A DNA stretch of 43,128 nt from Coriobacteriales bacterium (GCA_031263105.1 JAISGJ010000136.1:1-43128); one strand, 5' to 3'; shown: positions 8,769 through 15,940, counted from the stretch's first letter. Numbers and translations: made by a program. Notes: generated by a model from the sequence alone, not told the origin.

Positions 8769-8937
8769 CTAGGGAAGTGCCGATTAATTGCTTGTGCGCC
8801 AGATTGCGCCTGATCTGCCCCAGGTCTGTTCGGGGGCGCAACGCCACTACTTGCGGTAATGGCGTTGTGCTCACGGGCAGAGCTGGGGCAGATCAGGCGT
8901 GAGATGGTGCGCAATGAATTAATCGGTGCTTCCCTAG
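8769..8937. mobile_element. 169-bp MITE-like hairpin element flanked by CTAG
   Basis: The 32-nt imperfect terminal inverted repeats (8769-8800 and 8906-8937) are 26/32 complementary by hand count. An inner perfect 17-nt inverted repeat lies at 8807-8823 and 8883-8899. A related copy is at 21595-21660. Confidence 0.6.
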
Positions 8938-9203
8938 CACTTATCTATTCCCCAGCCGGCACCGGCACAGGCACATCGTGGATACATGCTGCTTTTGTCG
9001 GCGTCGGAGCGCCCGCTGCCAGAAAACACGCATGCACACGCGTGATCACCCCGGCCGTTCCCTTCTCCACCTCCAATCGCAGGGCAGACGCAGACGCCGC
9101 CGCCCGCGACCTGCTCAAGCTCGTCTTCCGAGAGCTCCGCTGAGAGCTCCTCGATTTCTCCCATGAGCGCCTTGGCCTTCTCTACCTTCTGTGTGTCCGT
9201 CAT
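8934..9203 (-). CDS. RiPP precursor peptide P3 (GG leader, CVC/CAC/CAC core plus C-terminal Cys)
   Basis: ATG start preceded by GGAGGG. The leader DNA is 104/108 identical to P2 by hand alignment. The stop codon TAG lies in the terminal CTAG of the hairpin element. Confidence 0.8.
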   Translation of the reverse strand: MTDTQKVEKAKALMGEIEELSAELSEDELEQVAGGGVCVCPAIGGGEGNGRGDHACACVFSGSGRSDADKSSMYPRCACAGAGWGIDKC

Positions 9204-9363
9204 GCTGGTTCCCTCCTTGCAGTTGATCGATTGAAACCTGTACTGCTGTTCCGCCCTGCCCCGGGCAATCCCAAGAGATCACCCGGAGCCTGCGGCACTG
9301 ACGCCCGCCGCCGCCTCGCGTATCCGCTCGGCGTATTATGTCTGACGACAGAGGAAATCGTTA

Positions 9364-9729
9364 TTATTTCCCCGCACCTAGCATTGAACAGCCGCAAACA
9401 GGGCTGAGCTCGCCGCCGCCGCCGCCGCCGCCGGCGGAACCGCACGTGCCGGCACCGTCGGCCCCGTCAGCTCCAAACCCGCCGCTGCTGCAGGCACAGC
9501 GCAGATTGCCCGGATTCGATAAAGACCCTGGGCTTGTGGTGCCCGCGCCAAAGGCAGCACAAAAACACTCGCCGCCCTGATCGGTCGCGCTGCCATAACC
9601 GCTCGCCGCGCAGTCGCACGCACCGCCGCCCGCGACCTGTTCAAGCTCGTCTTCCGAGAGCTCCTCCGAAAGCTCCTCGACCTCCTCGGCGAGGGCTTCG
9701 ACCTTCTCCACCTTCTCTGTGTCTGTCAT
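9364..9729 (-). CDS. RiPP precursor peptide P4 (GG leader, CDC/CFC/CAC core with long Gly-rich tail)
   Basis: Start placed at the internal ATG 9729 (MTDTEKVEK...), which matches all paralogs. The 23 upstream codons of the track ORF have no paralog support. Confidence 0.75.
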   Translation of the reverse strand: MTDTEKVEKVEALAEEVEELSEELSEDELEQVAGGGACDCAASGYGSATDQGGECFCAAFGAGTTSPGSLSNPGNLRCACSSGGFGADGADGAGTCGSAGGGGGGGELSPVCGCSMLGAGK

Positions 9730-9842
9730 GACATTCCTTTCTCTCATATCTTTCGACCCCTGAAGACCGAGATCATCATCAAGCTCACCCGTGAGCACCG
9801 CTCACAACTTCACATGGTCCAAGAAGAAGCATCCGAGGGATT

Positions 9843-10211
9843 TCACAAAATAGAAAGCATGGTGCACGCGGTGCCGCCGCCACCGCCGGAACCCGCGTTG
9901 CCGCCAGCAGCGGCAATCATACCGGGGAGGGCGCACCCAGGGCCGGCAGTTTCGCCCCCGGACCCGCTCCCTGAGCAGGCGCAACGCAGGTGGTCTGGAT
10001 CCGATGAATCGGCGACTGTGGTGCCTGCGCCAAGGGCGGAGCAGGTGCATCGGCCGCCCTTGTCGGTCGCGCCGCCGTAGCCGCTCCCTGTGCAGTTGCA
10101 CGCGGCACCGCCCGCGACCTGTTCAAGCTCGTCTTCCGAGAGCTCCTCCGAAAGCTTCTCGACCTCCTCGGCGAGGGCTTCGACCTTCTCGGCCTTCTCT
10201 GTGTCTGTCAT
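9843..10211 (-). CDS. RiPP precursor peptide P5 (GG leader, CNC/CTC/CAC core with Gly-rich tail)
   Basis: The ATG overlaps the rSAM stop (ATGA at 10208-10211). Its SD AAGGAGG lies inside the rSAM 3' end. Confidence 0.8.
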   Translation of the reverse strand: MTDTEKAEKVEALAEEVEKLSEELSEDELEQVAGGAACNCTGSGYGGATDKGGRCTCSALGAGTTVADSSDPDHLRCACSGSGSGGETAGPGCALPGMIAAAGGNAGSGGGGGTACTMLSIL

Positions 10212-11710
10212 GGTGATGCCTCCTTTTCTTTTGAAATCAACCGATGGGAGGACGGGTCGGGTGACCCATCCTCTTTTTGCCTCCTTTTGCTCGCTCCTTC
10301 GTCGCGCTTCACTGACGCCGCATCAATACCTCCCGCCGCTGTCGCAGTCTCATATATCCGCTCGGCAAAGCCGCCGCGAAGTATCAGGCAGAAGCCCTCG
10401 TCGGGCGCCATGAGGTCGTCGGGGTGGTCCACCAGCGCAGAGGCGCGGCAGCCGGCGCCGCAGACGAGGCGCTGCTCGCACGTTTGACAGCGCTCGTTGT
10501 GCGCAAGGTAGTCCTTGAGGCGCGTGTCGATGAAGCCCATGTAGTACGAGTCGCTCAGGCACTGCGCGAGGCTCATGTCCTCGAGTCCCGGGAAGTCCTG
10601 TTGTATGTCCATACCGGAAAGCGCCATGCAGGGAAGCACCTTGCCGTCGGCGGCGATATACATGACCTGACGCGCGTGGCCGCATACGCACTGGGCCATA
10701 AGGGCCGTCTCGTCGCCCCCGCAGGACTTCTGCGCGGGTATCTGAAACGCAGGGTCGCCCCTCCTCGCGTAGAAGGCCCCGCCGAGCATGACGTTCATCG
10801 GCTGGCCGTCCTCGTAGTAGTGCGGGATGTAGTCGAGATAGGCCTCGAGCGTCTCCTCGAGGGACAGGTCGTCGTCGCCCGCGTTCTGCGCCCAGGCGCC
10901 CGTCTTGCCCGCAGGGTTCGTCTTGATGTGGGCGACGCCGAGCCCCGCGAGGTGGTTGATGCTCTCGCGCAGCGTGCCCTTGTTGCGCTGGTGCAAGGTG
11001 AGCTCCGCCCCCAACGGGAAGCCGCGCTCATGGCAGAGCGCGAGCGCACGGTTCACCTCCCGCTCCGCACCCTCGACGCCGCGCAGCCAGTCGTGGAAGC
11101 CCACGCCGTCGAAGCTCATGTTGAACTCCGGGCGGATGCCGCGCGCATCGAAGCCGTCGAGCAGCTCCGGCGTGACGAGCTTGCCGTTGGAGTAGACGGT
11201 CGTGATGCGGATGCGGTAGGCGAGCAGACGGTCGATGATCTGCCAGAAGTCCTTCCTGACCAGTGGCTCGCCCCCGGTGATCGAGACCTCGCGGATGCCG
11301 CAGCCCGCTATCTCGTCGGCTATGCTCAGGCACTTCTCCGTGGAGAGCTGGCCGTACTTGGCGTCCGGTGCCGACATGTAGCAGTGGCGGCAGCGGTAGT
11401 TGCAGTGCCCCGTGATCGACCAGTGGGCCGTGCGCATGAAGCGGGAGTCGAAGCGGCGGTATCTCTGCCATGCGTCCAGCCTGCTGCCCGGGGCGCACTC
11501 GCTGACGATCCCGCTCCCAGCAAGCTTCTCGACGGTGGGGTGCAGCCGTTCGGGGATGTGCTCCATGCCTATCTCGCCGTCGCAGCAGCTCAGGGCCTCG
11601 AAGGCATCGGCATCCAAGAATGACACGCCGTAGCTTGGGGTGAACAGCGCGAAGGGGAGCCTCTGCCAGCCCCTCAGCGCATAGCCCTTGTTCAGGATGT
11701 AGCTTGTCAC
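10208..11710 (-). CDS. radical SAM / SPASM-domain peptide maturase with N-terminal RRE-like domain
   Basis: CNYRCRHC matches CX3CX2C and GGEPL is present. The C-terminal Cys clusters CVCGH...VLPC and CQTCEQRLVCGAGC are SPASM-like. The N-terminal ~95 aa precede the rSAM core. The GTG start overlaps the P6 stop. Confidence 0.85.
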   Translation of the reverse strand: MTSYILNKGYALRGWQRLPFALFTPSYGVSFLDADAFEALSCCDGEIGMEHIPERLHPTVEKLAGSGIVSECAPGSRLDAWQRYRRFDSRFMRTAHWSITGHCNYRCRHCYMSAPDAKYGQLSTEKCLSIADEIAGCGIREVSITGGEPLVRKDFWQIIDRLLAYRIRITTVYSNGKLVTPELLDGFDARGIRPEFNMSFDGVGFHDWLRGVEGAEREVNRALALCHERGFPLGAELTLHQRNKGTLRESINHLAGLGVAHIKTNPAGKTGAWAQNAGDDDLSLEETLEAYLDYIPHYYEDGQPMNVMLGGAFYARRGDPAFQIPAQKSCGGDETALMAQCVCGHARQVMYIAADGKVLPCMALSGMDIQQDFPGLEDMSLAQCLSDSYYMGFIDTRLKDYLAHNERCQTCEQRLVCGAGCRASALVDHPDDLMAPDEGFCLILRGGFAERIYETATAAGGIDAASVKRDEGASKRRQKEDGSPDPSSHRLISKEKEASP

Positions 11711-11898
11711 AATATGGCTTCAAGCGGCAATCTGCTGTCTTTTACGGTGCCATCTTCGAGATACACCACGGGGGCATTGAGTTCGAACGGCAGGCCGCCT
11801 GCCACCTGCTCGAGCTCCTCCTCCGTGAGCTCCTTCGAGAGCTGCTTGACCTCCTCGATGAGAGCCTTGATCCTTGCCACCTTCTCTGTGTCAGTCAT
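11707..11898 (-). CDS. RiPP precursor-like peptide P6 (same GG leader, cysteine-free core)
   Basis: The leader is MTDTEKVARIKALIEEVKQLSKELTEEELEQVAGG. The core is LPFELNAPVVYLEDGTVKDSRLPLEAIL. SD AAGGAG lies 8 nt upstream, and the stop overlaps the rSAM GTG. Confidence 0.7.
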   Translation of the reverse strand: MTDTEKVARIKALIEEVKQLSKELTEEELEQVAGGLPFELNAPVVYLEDGTVKDSRLPLEAIL

Positions 11899-11917
11899 AG
11901 TTCCCGCTCCTTTTCTC

Positions 11918-14719
11918 CTAGCTGGCGTACTGGGCGTCGAGCTCGCGGGCGAGCAGGGCGTTCTTCTGGTTCTTCACGATGCGCTCAAGGTGCGTGAGGA
12001 GGGTCGGCTCTATGTCGGGGTGGGCCGCCATCCAGGCATCGGTGCGATCGACGGTTGCCTGGCCGGCCAGGCCGAAGGGGTAGAAGTTCTGAACGAGCGT
12101 GGTGGAGATCGCGTTGCTGTTGTTCTCGATGACGGACTGCAGGCGCTCGAAGTAGACCTCGTCCAAGCCCGCATACACCTCGCTGGCATCGGGGTAACGC
12201 ACATACGGGTTGTAGAAGTACCAGGTCGCGTCCGCCTCTGCAAAGCTCATCTCCTTGCCGGAGAAGTAGGTATCGAGCAGGGAGCGCCTGACCTCGGTGG
12301 TGGGGAAGCGCAGCCTGGAGCGCTCGCTGAGAGTCACGATCTCGGGCTCGTCCGCGCCCAGCTCCGCAATCAGCGCGTCGATGTCCTCCGCACCGGCCTG
12401 GCCCGCCGCAATGAGCGTGTTGAGCGCACCGAAGCGGATGTAGGGCGCGCGCCACACGGTGGTGCCAGCCATGACCTCGCGCAGGAACGCGATGCTCTTC
12501 TCGGAATCGGAACGGAGCGCACATACCAGGACGGGCATGATGGTGTCCTCGCCCCATGCGTCGAAGACCCCCGCATTCAAGGCGTCCACTATCGCATCGG
12601 CGACGGCGCCGGTGCTGCGCCCGAGGTTCTCGTCGGCCGTCAGCGAGTACAGGTCTGCGCCCATGGCCGCACCGTCGAGCGACTTGTCGCTGAGCACTGC
12701 GATCTCGTAAGGGGAGCGCGTGGCCGCAAGGACGTCTGCAATGACGCCAAGGGTGCGCGAGGCAGGGTATTTGAGGTCGCGCGTCATCTGCATCAGGTCA
12801 AAGACGGCGAGGGTCCTTACGAAGGGATCGTCCAGCGCCCCGATGTGCTGCTCGAGCGTCGCAAGGCTCACCTCGTCGAAGACGACCTTGGAGTAGTCCG
12901 CGCCCGCATGGTCTATAAGGATGAGGTCGGGGCGCTCGGCGCCGGCTACGGCGGGCACCTCGGTCTCGTCACCCGAGACGAGCACCTCGTGCGCGTCACG
13001 CAGCACGAGCCGCTCGGCACCGCCCTCGCCCACCAGGTCGTAGAAGCCTATCTCCAGCTTGTGCGTGCGCAAAAGCGGCGTGTTGGCGCCGCCCGTGTAC
13101 TCCTCTGCGGCCTGGGTCACCACAAGCCGCTCGATGCGGCCCTGCTCGTCCGTCTCCACCACGGGGGCGAGCGTGTTGACGCCGGTGGCGGTGAGCCACT
13201 CCTCGGACCAGCCCGCCATGTCTATGTCCGCATAGGGCTGGAAGGCGGCGATGAAGTCGCTGAGCCTGGCGTTGCCCTCCGCATGCTGTGCGAAGTAGTC
13301 GTGGATGCCGCTCCTGAAGCTCTCCTCGCCCACGAGCGCATGGAGCTGCGTGAGCGCCATGCTCCCCTTGGCATAGGTGATGTTGTCCACGTTGGCATCC
13401 GACTGCTCGATGGTGATGTCCGAGTCGGACGCGATGGCATGGGTCGCGGGGCCCTGGTCCTGGTCAACGGCGGCAAGCCGCGTCAGGTCCTGCCCGTAGA
13501 TGAGGTAGTCGTCGTTGCCCGTAAGGGCCGCGACGGCCCTAAGCGAGATGAACTCGGCAAAGGACTCGTTGAGCCACAGGTCGTTCCACCATTCCATGGT
13601 CACAAGGTTGCCGAACCACTGGTGCGCAAGTTCGTGCAGGATGGTGATGTCGTTATACATGCGCTCGAAGAGCGAGTCGGCATACACCTCATGGAGCGTG
13701 ACGGCACCGACGTTCTCCATGCCGCCCCAGAGGAAGTTCGGCACGTAGATCTGGTCGTACTTCTCGTAGGGGAACTCCGTGCCGAACGCCTGCTCGTAGT
13801 ACGCGATCCCGGCCTTGGTGAGGTCGAACCACGCGTCGAAGTCCGCCCCCTCGGCCACGGAGGGGCGCGCATAGAAGCCGAGGGGCACCTGGCGACCGTC
13901 CGAGGCCTCGTAGGTGGACGTGACCTGGACGTAGTCGCCCGCTATGAGGGAGCTGAGGTAGGTGCTCATGAGCGGCGAGGGCGCGAACTCCCAGTGCCTC
14001 GTGTCGCCGTTCTCCGTGGGCTCACCGACCGGATCGGTGGCGGTGACGACCGTCCACTGCTTCGGCGCGTCCACGCTGAGGGTGAAGTGCGCCTTGAGGT
14101 TGGGCTGGTCGAAGCACGCGAAGACGCTCTGGGCGTAGGCAGACTCGTGCTGCGTGTAGATGAAGGTCTGGCCCTCGTCCTCGGGAGGGGCCTCGCGCAT
14201 GATGCCGACGCCGGATACGGAGTAGCCGTTCGTGGCGGTGAGGCGCAGCGTATTGGCGGCCTCAAGGCCCGTGAGCAGGATGCGCCCGTGCTCCTTGTCG
14301 TAGACCGCTGCGGGGTCGAGTTCCGTGCCGTTGAGCTCGATGCTCCCGATGTCCGCAAGGCGCGCGTCGATGAAGCTCTCCGCGCCCGGCTCGGCGCTGA
14401 AGCTCACCTCCTCGGTGAGGGCATAGGTCTCGCTCGTGCCATCCAGCTCGAACGCGAGCGCGTAGTCGATGTCCGAGAGCGCGGATGCCCGCGCGAGCAT
14501 CTCCTCATAGGTGACGTAGGCCGTCTGCACGCCCTCGGACGTGCCTGTCGCGTCCGACGTCGCCGCAGGGGCTGTGTCCGCAGGGGCACCGCCCGCAGGG
14601 GCGGCGTCCTGTGCGCCCGGTTGCCCGCTCGAACACGCCGTCGCACCGACGGTGCCGAGCGCCAGCAGCAGCGCCAGCAGCAGCGCCAGCAGTTTACGCG
14701 AGAATGTCGTAGTCGTCAT
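11918..14719 (-). CDS. M1-family zinc aminopeptidase (PepN-like), probable lipoprotein
   Basis: It has the GGMEN exopeptidase motif and HELAHQWFGN...WLNESFAEF (HEXXH-18-E). The N-terminal signal ends in the lipobox-like ATAC. The stop is 19 nt from the P6 start. Confidence 0.85.
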   Translation of the reverse strand: MTTTTFSRKLLALLLALLLALGTVGATACSSGQPGAQDAAPAGGAPADTAPAATSDATGTSEGVQTAYVTYEEMLARASALSDIDYALAFELDGTSETYALTEEVSFSAEPGAESFIDARLADIGSIELNGTELDPAAVYDKEHGRILLTGLEAANTLRLTATNGYSVSGVGIMREAPPEDEGQTFIYTQHESAYAQSVFACFDQPNLKAHFTLSVDAPKQWTVVTATDPVGEPTENGDTRHWEFAPSPLMSTYLSSLIAGDYVQVTSTYEASDGRQVPLGFYARPSVAEGADFDAWFDLTKAGIAYYEQAFGTEFPYEKYDQIYVPNFLWGGMENVGAVTLHEVYADSLFERMYNDITILHELAHQWFGNLVTMEWWNDLWLNESFAEFISLRAVAALTGNDDYLIYGQDLTRLAAVDQDQGPATHAIASDSDITIEQSDANVDNITYAKGSMALTQLHALVGEESFRSGIHDYFAQHAEGNARLSDFIAAFQPYADIDMAGWSEEWLTATGVNTLAPVVETDEQGRIERLVVTQAAEEYTGGANTPLLRTHKLEIGFYDLVGEGGAERLVLRDAHEVLVSGDETEVPAVAGAERPDLILIDHAGADYSKVVFDEVSLATLEQHIGALDDPFVRTLAVFDLMQMTRDLKYPASRTLGVIADVLAATRSPYEIAVLSDKSLDGAAMGADLYSLTADENLGRSTGAVADAIVDALNAGVFDAWGEDTIMPVLVCALRSDSEKSIAFLREVMAGTTVWRAPYIRFGALNTLIAAGQAGAEDIDALIAELGADEPEIVTLSERSRLRFPTTEVRRSLLDTYFSGKEMSFAEADATWYFYNPYVRYPDASEVYAGLDEVYFERLQSVIENNSNAISTTLVQNFYPFGLAGQATVDRTDAWMAAHPDIEPTLLTHLERIVKNQKNALLARELDAQYAS

Positions 14720-14845
14720 GTGTCCTCACCCTCCATACGCGTGCCCATGGCGTCCCGTCGCCAAGACCTCGGATTACATGGTATACGATTCGTCGCCCCT
14801 TGTCATCGTCAGCCGGGACGGGACGTCCGACGCAGCGAGGTGTCC

Positions 14846-15040
14846 GTTACAGATCACACCCCCACTGTCATCCCGAGCCTGCCGAGGGATCCTCGACCGC
14901 GCAAGCGGTCGACCGCAGTCAAAGGGTCCTGCGACCTGCGGTCGGCTGCTTCGCGTCCCGCGGGCCTGTCGGACTGTTCTCCGGGCGCTCGAACCCAAGG
15001 ATCCCTCGGCAGGCTCGGGATGACAGTGGGTGTGAGTAAC
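14846..15040. mobile_element. MITE family 2, copy A
   Basis: The terminal inverted repeats are GTTACAGATCACACCCCCACTGTCATCCCGAGCC and its complement GGCTCGGGATGACAGTGGGTGTGAGTAAC. The flanking 8-mers aggtgtcc and cgtggtcc match only partially. Confidence 0.7.
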
Positions 15041-15175
15041 CGTGGTCCCCGTGGGTGCCGTGGGTGCCGCGTGGGTGCCGCGTGCGTCGATGGATTGACG
15101 GGGGCCTCAGGCACTGGTAAAGTATCCTCTTGCGCGTTTTTATGACCTGAAACAAGGAATCGAAGGGTACGATCG

Positions 15176-15940
15176 ATGTACGCAGTCGTTACAACAGGTG
15201 GAAAGCAGTACAGGGTCGCGGATGGCGACGTCATCGAGGTCGAGAGGCTCGATGTCGAGCCGGGCGGGACCATCGAGATGGACGTGCTCTTCCTGGCCGA
15301 CGGCTCGAAGGTGACGCACGATGCCGACGGGCTTGCCAAGGCGAAGGTCTTTGCCGAGGTCCTCGACCATATCAAGGGCGACAAGGCGCTGGTGTTCAAG
15401 CTCAAGAAGCGCAAGGGCTACAAGCGCCTGCGCGGGCATCGGCAGGATCTGACACGCCTGCTCGTGCAGGGCATCTCCCCTACGGGCGATGCGCCGAAGA
15501 AGAAGCCTGCCGCCGCCGCGAAGCCTGCGAAGGCCGACAAGGCGGCGAAGTCCGAAGGGCCCGCGAAGGACACGGCGACGACTGCCGGGAAGCCTGCCGC
15601 GAAGAAGGCCACCGAGCCTTCCGCCCCTGCCCCGAAGAAGCCTGCGGAGGAGAAGCCTGCCGCGAAGAAGGCCGTTGCGACGAAGAAGGCCGACAAGGCC
15701 GCATCGGGCGACGAGAAGAGGCCCGCCGCCAAGAAGGCTGCCCCGAAGGAGCCCGCCGCCAAGAAGACGGCCGCTCCCAAGAAGCAGGATGCCGAGAAGC
15801 CCGCCGCGAAGAAAACGGCCGCATCTAAGAAGCCTGCCGAGGACACGGCGGCCCCTGCGAAGAAGCCCGCCGTCAAGAAGACGGCTCCTCAAAAGGCCGC
15901 AAAGGACGCAGAAGGCACCGCAGGCGCAAAGGTCGAGTAG
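15176..15940 (+). CDS. rplU: 50S ribosomal protein L21 with a ~150-aa Ala/Lys/Pro-rich C-terminal extension
   Basis: [14 protein letters not shown]...[14 protein letters not shown] is the canonical L21 core (about 100 aa). It is followed by [19 protein letters not shown]-type repeats that run to the stop. Confidence 0.9.
   Translation: MYAVVTTGGKQYRVADGDVIEVERLDVEPGGTIEMDVLFLADGSKVTHDADGLAKAKVFAEVLDHIKGDKALVFKLKKRKGYKRLRGHRQDLTRLLVQGISPTGDAPKKKPAAAAKPAKADKAAKSEGPAKDTATTAGKPAAKKATEPSAPAPKKPAEEKPAAKKAVATKKADKAASGDEKRPAAKKAAPKEPAAKKTAAPKKQDAEKPAAKKTAASKKPAEDTAAPAKKPAVKKTAPQKAAKDAEGTAGAKVE

Noticed and set aside
9338-9580. Plus-strand ORF encoding a poly-Pro stretch (PPPPPPP)
   Set aside because: It is the complement of the poly-Gly tail of precursor P4. 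It has no SD and no independent support.
9730-9798. 23-codon extension at the start of the P4 ORF
   Set aside because: All five paralogs start at MTDT. The extension has no paralog support and covers the P5-P4 spacer, which contains a small palindrome (gtgagcaccgctcac, 9791-9805).
8439-10211. Regularly spaced, near-identical ~100-nt repeats that could be mistaken for a CRISPR-like or tandem-repeat array
   Set aside because: The repeated units are the leader-coding parts of intact small ORFs with SD sequences and start codons. Spacing is irregular (roughly 470-530 nt between starts), and the repeats are far longer than CRISPR repeats.
15041-15090. Short tandem ccgtgggtg(cc) repeats just right of MITE copy A
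   Set aside because: There are only about three imperfect units in an intergenic spacer, and I can support no function. It is probably slippage-prone GC-rich DNA.
11714-15145. 1143-aa plus-strand ORF, the longest in the track
   Set aside because: It is antisense to the M1 aminopeptidase, which has clear GGMEN and HEXXH-E motifs. Its translation is Arg/Gly/Val/Leu-rich and low in complexity with no motifs. This is a typical high-GC antisense artefact. It also runs through P6 and MITE copy A.
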